Shown piece by piece: positions 29,765 through 40,188 of a stretch of DNA of 64,000 nucleotides (within the stretch, counting starts at the first letter, position 1; every line of letters begins with the position of its first letter). Under the pieces are notes generated by a model. The model saw only the letters and a program-made list of their open reading frames with translations, was not told the origin of the DNA and did not search any database. Position numbers and translations under genes: made by a program. The stretch spans positions 28,316-92,315 of the forward strand of contig CAYOWP010000003.1 in the NCBI GenBank assembly GCA_964407715.1, written 5' to 3'. The stretch is from an uncultured archaeon. Its GTDB lineage: Archaea > EX4484-52 > JAADEF01.

Positions 29765-29824
29765 AGGGCGATGATTAAAAGACCGTAAGATGATGTGTGA
29801 TTATGTGAACACCCAATGAGCCCT
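29765..29824 (+). ncRNA. Probable C/D-box guide sRNA 2
   Basis: Terminal stem AGGGC/GCCCT; C GCGATGA, guide, D' ATGA, C' TGTGTGA, guide, D ATGA. Confidence 0.7.
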
Positions 29825-29867
29825 CTTAACAATATTTTTAAACACAAATTAAGGATAAATATATTAT

Positions 29868-30602
29868 ATGGCATTGCCTAAAAGACAAATAAAAGATGAA
29901 GAGCAAAGAAAAATTTTTGGAAAGATTTTTGATAATTTGGTAATCCAGGATCTCTTTAAATTAAAAGCAAAGGGCATATATGATACCTATGGAGGACTCT
30001 TAGAAGAGGGAAAAGAAAGCAGAATACTCTTGGTTTATAAAGATGAAGAGCCAAGAATTATAAAGATATACAAAATAGAAGCCGGGAACTTTAAAAATAT
30101 GCTTCGATATCTTGAAGGAGATGAAAGATTTAAAAAGATTAGAGAGAGAAGGAGAGATATAATATATGCATGGTGTAAAAAGGAATATCATAATCTACTT
30201 ATAGCAAAAAAAGTTGGTATATCTTCACCAGAACCTTATGATTATATTCATAATATAATTGCTATGGAGATGCTCGGAGAAAATGCTCCATATCCGCAGC
30301 TTAAGGATATCGTATTATCAAAACCTGAAAAAGTTCTTAAAAATATATTATCTCAAATTGAAATCTTACTAAAAAAAGGAAAACTTGTACATGGAGATAT
30401 AAGCGAGTTTAATATTCTTATAGATTCAAAAGAAAGACCCTATTTTATAGATTTTGGTCAAGCAGTATTAACATCACATCCATTTGCCAAAGAATTCCTT
30501 AAAAGAGACATAAAAAATTTAATAAATTATTTTTATAAAGAATATAATATTGAAAATGATGCTGATGAAATATATGCAAGGATGTGTAACGGTGTATTTT
30601 AA
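29868..30602 (+). CDS. rio1: RIO1 serine kinase/ATPase
   Basis: GKES, IKIYK, W..KEY.NL, VHGDISEFNIL, IDFGQAV. Confidence 0.95.
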   Translation: MALPKRQIKDEEQRKIFGKIFDNLVIQDLFKLKAKGIYDTYGGLLEEGKESRILLVYKDEEPRIIKIYKIEAGNFKNMLRYLEGDERFKKIRERRRDIIYAWCKKEYHNLLIAKKVGISSPEPYDYIHNIIAMEMLGENAPYPQLKDIVLSKPEKVLKNILSQIEILLKKGKLVHGDISEFNILIDSKERPYFIDFGQAVLTSHPFAKEFLKRDIKNLINYFYKEYNIENDADEIYARMCNGVF

Positions 30603-31147
30603 TGAGTTCTTATGAGATTGTATTCTCGGTACCCGAGGATAGAATAGGTGTATTTATAGGTAAAAAAGGAGAGACAAAGAGAATGTTAGAGAATTCTCTT
30701 GGTGTAAAGATAAAAATTGATACGCAAGATAGCAAAGTCATATTCATATTGGATCACGAAGATCCTTTAAAAGAGGTTAAAATACAAGATATCATGGATG
30801 CCATATCTCATGGCTTTTCTCCAGAGGTTTCATTGAATCTATTAGATGATAGATATGTACTCTATAAAATAAATTTAAGGGAAATATATGGAAAAAACAA
30901 TAAAAAGACCATTACAAGATATAAAGGCAGAGTAATAGGTGAAAAAGGATCATTTAAAAGGAAGATAGAAGAATATACCGATACTAATATATCTATCTAT
31001 GATGACTATATTTATATTATAGGTAAATTAGAAGATGTATTAACTGCAAAAGAGGGAATTGAAATGATTTTACAAGGTGCAAAGCATTCATCAGTGATTT
31101 CCTTTTTTGAGAAAAAAGCTTTTGAAAAAAATCTCATGTTAAGATGA
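30602..31147 (+). CDS. KH-domain pre-rRNA processing protein (Dim2/Pno1)
   Basis: RIGVFIGKKG, AI.HGFSPE, KGRVIGEKG; follows rio1. Confidence 0.92.
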   Translation: MSSYEIVFSVPEDRIGVFIGKKGETKRMLENSLGVKIKIDTQDSKVIFILDHEDPLKEVKIQDIMDAISHGFSPEVSLNLLDDRYVLYKINLREIYGKNNKKTITRYKGRVIGEKGSFKRKIEEYTDTNISIYDDYIYIIGKLEDVLTAKEGIEMILQGAKHSSVISFFEKKAFEKNLMLR

Positions 31148-31157
31148 GGCGAATTAT

Positions 31158-31988
31158 ATGGCTAAAAAAGAAATATTTTCATTTTGGGGTCCTGTGATTG
31201 GAGCATTAAAAAATAAAAAAACAGCATTATATTTTGGATTGGCATTTGGAATTATTCAAATTCTTATCTCTCTAATCCTCTCTACGCATTATAGCTCTAT
31301 AGCTATGCTTGCTATAATAATTCTCTTTATTCTCTATATTTTATTGGATATAATGTTTTTAGGTGTCTTGGTCTCGTACATTCATCTACTAATGAAGAAA
31401 AAATCATATGTATCTTTGGACGATGAAACTCTAAATCTTAGAGATGTTTTATCAAAAGGTTTTGGTGCTTTTATTGTTAGTCTTATATGGGGAATATTAA
31501 TAGTAGCAATTGGTGGAATCGTTATAGTGGCACTTTTTAGCTTACTCTTTTTTATTTTGCAATTATTAATCTCAACTCCCTCATTACTAATGCTCAGCGG
31601 TTTATCTGCTCTATTATTAATTATCCTCATTTTAATGGGTATAGGAGGATATTATCTTCACTTCCTTATTAACGCATATTATTCCCTAAACTTCCGCGTT
31701 TCTGATGCTCTTAAATTCAAAGAGATAATACGTAAAGCATTTAGCGAAAAATATCTTGTTGTGGTATTAAAGTCTATTTTAATGGGCATCTGCATTATGA
31801 TTGTATTATCTCCTTTTATGATGGGATATTCAACATTTGAAAGCACACCTTATAAAGAGAATTTTTTAAATAACATTTTAAATATATTTCTTTTATTAAT
31901 ATCTTCAATTATAGGTGTATTTTCATCCTTTATTTTTTCCTATTATTCATTTGAAGGATATGAAAGGACAAAAAGTAGCATGTCATAA
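31158..31988 (+). CDS. DUF4013-like membrane protein
   Basis: Multiple TMs; KG..AFIVSLIW and DALKFKEI patterns. Confidence 0.55.
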   Translation: MAKKEIFSFWGPVIGALKNKKTALYFGLAFGIIQILISLILSTHYSSIAMLAIIILFILYILLDIMFLGVLVSYIHLLMKKKSYVSLDDETLNLRDVLSKGFGAFIVSLIWGILIVAIGGIVIVALFSLLFFILQLLISTPSLLMLSGLSALLLIILILMGIGGYYLHFLINAYYSLNFRVSDALKFKEIIRKAFSEKYLVVVLKSILMGICIMIVLSPFMMGYSTFESTPYKENFLNNILNIFLLLISSIIGVFSSFIFSYYSFEGYERTKSSMS

Positions 31989-32002
31989 GAAGGTGAGTTT
32001 TA

Positions 32003-32311
32003 ATGGCTGAACACGCATTACAGATAAAACCACCTGAAGATGTCGTATTGGTTGTGATGGGCAAAAGCGGCCAACAATTTGAGTTGCCTGCTGGCAAATT
32101 CACATTAATAACATTTGATTATGAAGGAGATACATTGATATTTGAAGGCAAAACTATAAAACAAATAGCAACGCTAAAAACGATTTCAGATATGTTCTGG
32201 ATGATATTGTCACTAACAGCAAAAGGTTTTGAGGTCAAACCTAATGAGCCTCTCGAAATCTTAAAAAAAGTTTTAAATGAAAATACCTCTCAAAAGAAGA
32301 AGGAGCAGTGA
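32003..32311 (+). CDS. Hypothetical protein
   Basis: 102-aa ORF with RBS AGGTGA. Confidence 0.6.
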   Translation: MAEHALQIKPPEDVVLVVMGKSGQQFELPAGKFTLITFDYEGDTLIFEGKTIKQIATLKTISDMFWMILSLTAKGFEVKPNEPLEILKKVLNENTSQKKKEQ

Positions 32312-32895
32312 AAGAAATGGTAGAGAAATGTAAGAATTGCGGTTATAAAATTAGTAAAGATTGGCATTATTGTCCACGATGTGGTTTTTGTATTGATAGA
32401 TGGTATGATAAGATCAATTTTGGACTTGATGAAATAATAAATCATATTATCAGAGATATTCAGAATGTTCTATTCAAGAATGTGCTCAAAATAGATATAA
32501 AACCTCTCAACATAGAGGTTTCTTCTCAATCCCCTTCTACTCCACTTCACAAAGGCGCATATACGAGCAAGATGAAAAAAGAAAATAAAGAGCCTTCCAA
32601 ATTCATAAGAAATGTAAAGGAAATCGTAGAGCCAGAAGCAAATATAATAAAAGGAGAAGATTTCACAGAGGTTGAGATGGATGTTAAAGGCGTAAAAAGC
32701 ATAGATGATGTGTTTATTGTGCTATATGACAACTCCGCTGAGATCAGAGCATATACAGAAAACAATGAAAAAATGTATTTTAAGATTGTTGAGATTCCTC
32801 CATATGCAGATGTTGCAGACAAAGTTCTAAAGAAAGATGGTAAACTAATCTTAAGATTTGAAATAATGGATTATTATGATGAAGATAGCCATTAA
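32308..32895 (+). CDS. Zinc-ribbon plus Hsp20/alpha-crystallin-like protein
   Basis: CKNCG...W.YCPRCG; C-terminal EP...VEMDVKGV...DGKLILRF. Confidence 0.7.
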   Translation: MKEMVEKCKNCGYKISKDWHYCPRCGFCIDRWYDKINFGLDEIINHIIRDIQNVLFKNVLKIDIKPLNIEVSSQSPSTPLHKGAYTSKMKKENKEPSKFIRNVKEIVEPEANIIKGEDFTEVEMDVKGVKSIDDVFIVLYDNSAEIRAYTENNEKMYFKIVEIPPYADVADKVLKKDGKLILRFEIMDYYDEDSH

Positions 32896-32902
32896 AAATA
32901 GG

Positions 32903-34042
32903 TTAGCTATTTATTATGCTAATTATCGCATTCATATAATTCTCTACTGCTCTCTGAGTAGTCATCTCATGGAGCTTATGTTGATAAATAGTAGGTATTT
33001 GTAATGTAATTCCTCTCACGTTAACTCCATTCTGAAGTAATCTTCCCAATTCTGTTTTCCCTTCTTTTTTATCATAAATCTCATATGGAATGTTGTTATT
33101 CCTTAAGATTCTTACAATGTCTGAAACAAAATTCTGATCATACTCGCTAAGTGCATCTCTACTTCTGATTATCACCTCTCCTTCCTCAATCTTATCTTTC
33201 TCTTCTTTTCTATACGGACGTGTATCCAACACGATTAAAGGAACATCCTGAGTTTTGAGAATTTCCTCATAGAAATGCTTAAGGCACTTCCAACTTTCAC
33301 CTATCTCTTCACGAGTTGTGAATATCAAGGAAATCTTTTCTCTAAATAAAGAAGCATATTTTTTATCTTTAAGTAGAGCAAGAATAACTGAGATCGATAT
33401 AGCATTATCAATTTGTCCATATATGTATCCTGTTGGTGAAATAATAAGAAATGGTTCAAAGGCAACTGGAGTATCTTCTCTCAGTTTATCCTTTTTTTCA
33501 AACCATTGAACATAATAAGCGAGAGTTAACTTTATCCTATTATCATCTATATATGTTATATACTTTGGCGAACATGTACCTAGCAGTTTTCCTCTTGCTA
33601 AGATCTCTCCAGTTAATGGATTATAAGCATACACTTTCTCATTAGTATATCTATTACAAATCTCCCTAATGGAATAAGGAGAAATTGTGTGAGATCTTGA
33701 AAACTCATCTTTATCAAATACAACAGCATCTTCATCAACAACATAAAATCCATGTCTATCTGTATGAATAGAGAATACTATCTCTGGTCGGGATGTGAGA
33801 ATTGGGATTTTAGCAGGAATGTTATCAACTTCTGGAATTCTTAGAATGCCGTATACTGTCTCCGGTCGGGAAGGTAAAGCATAGAGATATTTTATTTCTT
33901 CTTTTTCAGTTATCCTACATTCCTGGTAGTTTCGTTTTATATCCTTATAGATGGATCTCAATAATACATCTTCATATTTCACAACACATGGAGTATTAAT
34001 TATTTCTTTAAGGATTTTCTCAAATTGTCTCTCCTTTTTCAT
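32903..34042 (-). CDS. M42/M28-like metallopeptidase
   Basis: HTDRHG, GQIDN, TREEIG, LDT, late His. Confidence 0.7.
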   Translation of the reverse strand: MKKERQFEKILKEIINTPCVVKYEDVLLRSIYKDIKRNYQECRITEKEEIKYLYALPSRPETVYGILRIPEVDNIPAKIPILTSRPEIVFSIHTDRHGFYVVDEDAVVFDKDEFSRSHTISPYSIREICNRYTNEKVYAYNPLTGEILARGKLLGTCSPKYITYIDDNRIKLTLAYYVQWFEKKDKLREDTPVAFEPFLIISPTGYIYGQIDNAISISVILALLKDKKYASLFREKISLIFTTREEIGESWKCLKHFYEEILKTQDVPLIVLDTRPYRKEEKDKIEEGEVIIRSRDALSEYDQNFVSDIVRILRNNNIPYEIYDKKEGKTELGRLLQNGVNVRGITLQIPTIYQHKLHEMTTQRAVENYMNAIISIINS

Positions 34043-34101
34043 ATTCCTTTATTATAAAATTCAGTAAATTTTAAAAAATTAACGCATATAAACACATTCA
34101 A

Positions 34102-34364
34102 GACATTGTCCAATAATTCTTTATTGTTAAGTGAAAACATAACCTCTCACAGAAGCGCATGAGAGCAGTTAACCCTTTGAGTAAGGCTACGCTTCCCGTT
34201 AACAAATTATTTTGAATAGATAAAAATTGTTAACGGGAAGAAATCGCTATTACTACAGGTTTTGTAGCATGTCATCTTTAAGGTTCGCTACTTTAATGCG
34301 CTTCTTTAAAAGGTTACTTTTCCGCTTAACAAAATTTGTTGATATGGAATTATTGGACAATGTC
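34102..34364 (+). mobile_element. MITE-like element copy M3
   Basis: TIRs GACATTGTCCAATAATTC / GAATTATTGGACAATGTC; perfect 9-bp TSD CACATTCAA (34093-34101, 34365-34373). Confidence 0.92.
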
Positions 34365-34373
34365 CACATTCAA

Positions 34374-34911
34374 GAGTCATATTACAGCAGATAACCTTTT
34401 TTTGGCATATTACTTGCATTAACTAAACTCTTTATTTGGAAAATGGTTAAGGTAAAATATTCTCTCAATCAAGCACATTAGAGGGCAGATGATCTCTCTC
34501 TGAAAAATGATAGTGCGAGAAAAAACCTTCATAATGAGATCCTTAATAATTTTAGAATTTATTTTATAAAATCTGGTTAACAGGAAAATATCGCTAACAT
34601 AAAGATTTTGCAGCATGGCATCTTTTTAGGTGGTTAGCCGCTCCAATGTAATTGCTTTAGTGGTATGTTTCTCGTTAACCAAATTTTTATTTTGAAAGAT
34701 GGTTAACGCGAGGAAATCGTTTTCACAAAGGCTTTGCAGCATGCTAACTTTTTTTGGTTATCTGCTTTTGATATGGATCATCTCCTGTTTAATAAAATTG
34801 GTTAAGAAAAATTTAATCTCCTTCTTAGGAGTATTACAGCAGCTAACCTTTTTTTAGCAGGTTATCATGCTGCAAAAACTTTCGTAATAATGTTTTTTTC
34901 TTCTGTTAACC
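34374..34911 (+). repeat. Mixed-orientation hairpin-module array (degenerate forward, two reverse, one forward)
   Basis: Reverse units near 34575-34680 and 34701-34790; forward unit near 34800-34910. Confidence 0.85.
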
Positions 34912-35005
34912 AGTTCTATCTTATTAAGATTCTATTGGAGCGGAAGAAAATTTTTAAATAAAATAAATAAAATCAATAATTATAAATATATTTGAATTTT
35001 CTTTT

Positions 35006-35089
35006 GTCGGGGTCGCCTAGCCTGGTATGGCGCCAGCCTGCTAAGCTGGTTCCCGTAAGGGATCGAGGGTTCGAATCCCTCCCCCGACG
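35006..35089 (+). tRNA. tRNA-Ser(GCT) with long variable arm, CCA not encoded
   Basis: Acceptor GTCGGGG/CCCCGAC, CCAGC-CTGCTAA-GCTGG, variable arm TCCC-GTAA-GGGA, GGTTCGAATCC. Confidence 0.96.
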
Positions 35090-35096
35090 TTTTTTG

Positions 35097-35254
35097 GGCA
35101 TTGTCCAATAATTTTTTGATGAGGATTTGTTAACGAGAAAATTCGTTCTTACAATCGCATTAGCTCTACAAGGTTCGCTACTTTAATGCGCTTCTTTAAA
35201 AGGTTACTTTTCTGCTTAACAAAATTTGTTGATATGGAATTATTGAACAATGCC
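35097..35254 (+). mobile_element. MITE-like element copy M4 (short form) at the tRNA-Ser 3' end
   Basis: TIRs; perfect 9-bp TSD CGTTTTTTG (35088-35096, 35255-35263). Confidence 0.92.
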
Positions 35255-35308
35255 CGTTTTTTGAGATTTGCAATAATCCTTTTAAAAAATATTTTTTAAG
35301 ATAATAAT

Positions 35309-36358
35309 ATGCAATTCAACGTGGTTATGCTCGGCTCAGATGACTCTGCAATAAGGAAAGAAAGTTATTTTAGGAAAGTTCTCCTACATTTAAGAGAATA
35401 TTGGAAAAGCATTCTTCTCCTCGTTCCATCTAAAGAAGGTAAGAAAGGATTTTATAAAGTAACAGATGGAGTATGGTATTATTATTTTCCTTCTTTCTTT
35501 CATCTTCTCCTCTTTGCATTGAGCAGACATAAAATAAAAGCAAAATTGATTATCACAATGGATCCTTTTTTGTATGGTCTTGTAGGCATGCTATTAAAAC
35601 ATAAAAAACTTAAATTGGTTATGGAATTACATTCGCAAAATCTTTTTAATAAAAAGTGGTTACAATACAGAAGAAGAAATCTGTTTTATCACATACTTGC
35701 AAGGTTAATACTACCTAGAGCAGATAAGATTAGAAGCGTATACTATGACAAAAAAATATTTTCTCTTTATAAAGATAAGATAGAGCTCGTACCTTCAAAC
35801 TATACTGATACTAAGCTTTTTGTTCCAAACATAAATGAAAAAGAAAAGGAATATGATGTAATCTATGTTGGTAGATTTCATCCAGAAAAAAATATAGAAT
35901 ATCTTTATAACATAATAAAACAACTAAACGAAAAAAAATATAGATGTTTAATCATTGGACGAGGATCTCTAAAGTATAAAATCATGTTACTGTCTGCTGG
36001 TTGTGAAATGATAGAATGGGTTCCACAAGATGTTCTTGCAGAGTATTATAAAAAATCAAAAGTTCTAATATCCACCTCATACAACGAAGGTGGGCCACGT
36101 ACGGTATATGAAGCATTAGCATGTGGTTGTTTGGTCGCTATAACACCAACAGGTTTAGCAAGATTAACAATAGAAAAGCATCCATGTTGCGGAGAAATTA
36201 TAAGTGGAGAAAATCTAAAAGAAGATGTACAGAAAATACAGCAACTTATTAAGGAATATCCAAAAAGAGCAAAGAAATGCGCCCACAATATAAGAAAAGA
36301 GTTGAATTATAAAAAGCAAATCAAAAGATATGGCGAGTTTATTAAATCTCTTTTATGA
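35309..36358 (+). CDS. Glycosyltransferase family 4
   Basis: YVGRF..EKN, STSYNEGGPRTVYEALACG. Confidence 0.9.
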   Translation: MQFNVVMLGSDDSAIRKESYFRKVLLHLREYWKSILLLVPSKEGKKGFYKVTDGVWYYYFPSFFHLLLFALSRHKIKAKLIITMDPFLYGLVGMLLKHKKLKLVMELHSQNLFNKKWLQYRRRNLFYHILARLILPRADKIRSVYYDKKIFSLYKDKIELVPSNYTDTKLFVPNINEKEKEYDVIYVGRFHPEKNIEYLYNIIKQLNEKKYRCLIIGRGSLKYKIMLLSAGCEMIEWVPQDVLAEYYKKSKVLISTSYNEGGPRTVYEALACGCLVAITPTGLARLTIEKHPCCGEIISGENLKEDVQKIQQLIKEYPKRAKKCAHNIRKELNYKKQIKRYGEFIKSLL

Positions 36359-37366
36359 TTTTTCAATTATTTTCTTTTCTATAATTGACCTTAATATTCC
36401 TCCATATTTTTCAAATATTTCTTTATTTGGAAAAGCAATAAACTCTATGTCTCTATTGAGTGGAATAATTTTTTGATTCCAAAAGGTCTCTTCTTTAAAA
36501 TCTTTACCAACCACTACCCCACCTAATTTTTTAATAAGATATGCTGCAGGTACATCATATGGATGTGCGCATAACATCTCAATGCTTGAATTTGCCTTTA
36601 TACTTGGCCTTATATCTACTATCATGGAAAGTTTTCCTTCTATCATCCCTATCATTTGCCCTGCAGTAGTGAGGTATTGCTCATTAAATAATTCCTTTTT
36701 ACCAAATCTTTTTTTGACTTCTTCATAAAATTCATCTGCAATAGTTGCCGTGTATCTATAAGGATAAAAGGGAGCAACGAAACATATATGAGTATGCTCT
36801 ATATCCCTTACGCTATTATTTTCCATTTTCTTTGATTTCCAATTTTTGGGAGAGTTTATCTCTTCATAAGGTTGTTTTAAGATGTTGTAGATATATTTTG
36901 TTGGTTCTTTATTTTCAGATACCACAATAAACTCATAGATACACTCACGAGATGTCGGTAGTCTTCCCAATGCTACTCCCTTAATATCGCTAAGAGTGGT
37001 CTCTTTTCCTTTCCATTCTCCCCATGCAAATATAAAATATGCTGCTCTTTCATCTCTCATTAACTCTCTTGAACCGTCAACTGGATCAATAAGCACAAAA
37101 TATTTCGCATTTTCACGAATTGGATAGGAATAATGCTCCGAAAGTATATTAAGGTCATTATATTTTCTATACAAATCATTCAAGTGTCTTCTATAAATAT
37201 TATCTATTATAGTATCAATTCCATAAGATACATCGCAACTTCCTATGGTATAAACTTTTCTTATATCATTATCCTCATTTTGTATCTTTCTTAACTCTTT
37301 AATAGCATCCACATACATCTTAAATGCCACATCCTCTAATTCTCCTTCAATATCCATCTCTTCCAC
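36353..37366 (-). CDS. Atypical inositol-monophosphatase (FIG) family protein
   Basis: DVSYGID, SE, IDPVDGSR, QYLTTAGQ, DIRP, AHPYD. Confidence 0.75.
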   Translation of the reverse strand: MEEMDIEGELEDVAFKMYVDAIKELRKIQNEDNDIRKVYTIGSCDVSYGIDTIIDNIYRRHLNDLYRKYNDLNILSEHYSYPIRENAKYFVLIDPVDGSRELMRDERAAYFIFAWGEWKGKETTLSDIKGVALGRLPTSRECIYEFIVVSENKEPTKYIYNILKQPYEEINSPKNWKSKKMENNSVRDIEHTHICFVAPFYPYRYTATIADEFYEEVKKRFGKKELFNEQYLTTAGQMIGMIEGKLSMIVDIRPSIKANSSIEMLCAHPYDVPAAYLIKKLGGVVVGKDFKEETFWNQKIIPLNRDIEFIAFPNKEIFEKYGGILRSIIEKKIIEKS

Positions 37367-37677
37367 CTCTATTCTTTTCTATATATAATATTGTTAATGC
37401 AGATGCTACCCAATGGGCAGGCACCCATTTTGGAGTTTTTCCAGTTATCCAATACTTCTCAATATCCTTTCTTTCCACTACTCTTTTTGGAATTTTATCT
37501 ATACATCTCCTCTAATCCCTCTAACCTATCTGCATTCTTCAACATGTTCTCCCTCATTACAAATAAATTCTTTATATTATCTAAAAGATTAAATTTAAAA
37601 ACTTTACTAAAATGAAATAATAAAATTATCGAGATCTACAACAGAAAAGAGGTAATTTATTTTAAGGGTGAGAGTAA

Positions 37678-40158
37678 ATGGAACTCGAAAGAAAGGCGAG
37701 GATATTTATATTTTTGATTATAATGTTAATGATACCTATAAAGAATACTCTTGCTATTTCTTCAGATTCAAATACTTTAAATTTATTTTTAGATGAATAC
37801 TCTATAGAATTATGCCCCTATACTACAAAAATGATTACTGGATTTGTTGAAAATAATGGAAATCAAAATGTTGAAGTAAAGTTATATTCCAATAGCAAGT
37901 GGATTACAATTGCTCAAGATTCTTTTGTTTTATCTCCTCATGAAAAGAAATACATCAATATCTTTATAACTCCAACCGATGAGGCAAGAGTTGGAGAATA
38001 TAGAGCAAAGATATATGCTTATACAACCCAGGAAGAAGATGTGGAGGAGATAACAATAAATATACTAGATTGTAATGAAATTTCTTTAGATATTGAGGAT
38101 ACAACTATAGATGCTTGTATTGGGGATCATTTGAAGATACCATTCTACATAAAAAATGAAGGAAAGGTCACAGAGTATGTTACTTTGAGTGTTGACAAAG
38201 GAAAACTTGATTTTTATGAGACGGTATTGGATAGCTATGAAAGTGATAAAAACTTCCTCTTTTATAAAGTAACAAAGGATTATGATGTAATTACTCTAAA
38301 GGCAACCTCTAAGAATAGTTTTGCAAATGCAGAAAAAAAGATATATATAAATGGTAGAAATTGTTATAACTTTGACATTACGGTAATACCTCAAAGTGTA
38401 GATATATGTATGAAGGATTATGCTGTCTTCGATATCTATCTAAGAAATACGGGAGAGGAAGAGGACACAATACACCTAAAAGCATCTTCAGGAATATTAT
38501 CAAAGAATGTCATAACTTTAGAACCTGAAGAAGAATACATAGTAAAATTAAAAGTTAAACCGAACAAAACAGGAGAGAGTGCAGTGAAGATAGAAGCATG
38601 GGATTCAGTAAATTATCAATTTAGAGACATTCAAATAACAGGAAAAAGATGTAGCAACAATGCAATGATAATTGTTCCTGAAAGTATGGATGTATGCAGA
38701 GGTTCAGCAGCTAGATATATAATAGGAATAAGGAATTTGGGAGAGGTAGATGAGAGTTTGGAGATAACAAGTAACATTGGAGAATTTGATGAATCTGAAG
38801 TAGAAATAGAGCCGGGTACAACAGTCTATAGAGAAATATATATAAATACGGATGATATGGATTATGGTACACATGAAATAAAAATAAACTTAACAAAAAA
38901 TGAGAGAGTTATAGATAGTATCACAGCGACATTAAATGTTAAGAATTGTTATAATGGAGAAATATATACCCATTATAAGATTGTTAAAGCATGCAAATTT
39001 ACGCCAAGTAGACCTATAGATGTAATTGTAAAGAATACTGGTGAAAAAGAGGAAACATATACCTTAAAAGGTATGTTAGGAAGCTTTAATGTCCAAAGGA
39101 TAAAGTTATCTCCAGGAGAAGAAATTGTAGTGAAATATAGAGTGAATATTTCCCAAGATATTGCAGAGGGTATTGTAGAGGATATACTATCCTTGAAAGG
39201 AGATCATATGAATAAAGAGAAAACAATTAAATTGGATGTTGAGGTATTAAAGGAAAATATGTGTTCTAATTTTAGCGTAAAAATAGAACCTGAAAGAATC
39301 TATGCCCAAGAATATAAAGGATATATATACAGAATAAAAATAAAAAATAACGGATATGCGGAAAATACATTTACAGTCAAATTAGATGATGACTATGGAA
39401 TAATATATATAGAACCAAAGAAAATAACTATTGATAGTGGTGAAGAAGGTGTTATATTCCTATATGTGGCACCACATTCCAAGCTTCCAAATAAAGTATA
39501 TGAGATAAAAGGAAAAGTGATAGATAAATTTAATAATGAAAAGAATTTCATGGCATTATTGGATTTAAATGTAGAAAAAACCTACTTTATTGAAGGAGCC
39601 CAAGAAGATAAAATCATTACAAAAGTAAAAAATTTGGATAAAGAGAAAACATATTATGTAAGTAAAGACAATGCTACAACCTTAGAGATAGAATATATTA
39701 TGGAAGGAAGAAAAGAAAAAGAAGAGATATTGTTTGTAGGTGGAAGTTTCATTATACAAATAGGGGATGAGCTATACGAAGATAAAAATCCCGAAATTGG
39801 AAAGAGAACTTATATATTAAAAGCTAATAATAAGACATATAGAATAACAATAAAATTTGTGTATGTGGATAACGCAAATAGCGAATATAAATTCAAAATA
39901 GAAGATATAACAATAGAAAAAGAAAGGAAGCAGCTTTATCCTCCTATTGAGACAGAAAAGAAAAAAGAAGTCCTATGGAAGAACTGGAGAATATTGATAC
40001 CTATATTCGTATTATTTATAGGGATCGCGCTTATATGTTATGATTTAATTTTTGCAAGATGGAGCAGCAGAAAAAAAGAGAACAAAAAGAAAAGGAGTAC
40101 CAAGAAGGAAGCAAAAAAGAAAGAAATAGAAAAATTAAAGAAAATAATCGAGAAATGA
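37678..40158 (+). CDS. Large surface protein with tandem Ig-like (CARDB/NEW3-type) domains and a C-terminal TM anchor
   Basis: Signal peptide; repeated I.N.G...E...L.PGE motifs with Cys pairs; TM plus Lys-rich tail. Confidence 0.8.
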   Translation: MELERKARIFIFLIIMLMIPIKNTLAISSDSNTLNLFLDEYSIELCPYTTKMITGFVENNGNQNVEVKLYSNSKWITIAQDSFVLSPHEKKYINIFITPTDEARVGEYRAKIYAYTTQEEDVEEITINILDCNEISLDIEDTTIDACIGDHLKIPFYIKNEGKVTEYVTLSVDKGKLDFYETVLDSYESDKNFLFYKVTKDYDVITLKATSKNSFANAEKKIYINGRNCYNFDITVIPQSVDICMKDYAVFDIYLRNTGEEEDTIHLKASSGILSKNVITLEPEEEYIVKLKVKPNKTGESAVKIEAWDSVNYQFRDIQITGKRCSNNAMIIVPESMDVCRGSAARYIIGIRNLGEVDESLEITSNIGEFDESEVEIEPGTTVYREIYINTDDMDYGTHEIKINLTKNERVIDSITATLNVKNCYNGEIYTHYKIVKACKFTPSRPIDVIVKNTGEKEETYTLKGMLGSFNVQRIKLSPGEEIVVKYRVNISQDIAEGIVEDILSLKGDHMNKEKTIKLDVEVLKENMCSNFSVKIEPERIYAQEYKGYIYRIKIKNNGYAENTFTVKLDDDYGIIYIEPKKITIDSGEEGVIFLYVAPHSKLPNKVYEIKGKVIDKFNNEKNFMALLDLNVEKTYFIEGAQEDKIITKVKNLDKEKTYYVSKDNATTLEIEYIMEGRKEKEEILFVGGSFIIQIGDELYEDKNPEIGKRTYILKANNKTYRITIKFVYVDNANSEYKFKIEDITIEKERKQLYPPIETEKKKEVLWKNWRILIPIFVLFIGIALICYDLIFARWSSRKKENKKKRSTKKEAKKKEIEKLKKIIEK

Positions 40159-40188
40159 CATACCATAGATTCTCAAATGGAATATCAT

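Noticed and set aside
29671-29824. TIGR-like guide array
   Set aside because: Only two ~60-nt units with ~15-nt guides and no adjacent Nop-domain gene; ordinary C/D sRNAs fit better
37330-37557. Small gene or frameshifted pseudogene upstream of the IMPase-like gene on the minus strand
   Set aside because: Only a 20-aa ORF and a ~43-54-codon open frame without a clear start or recognisable motif
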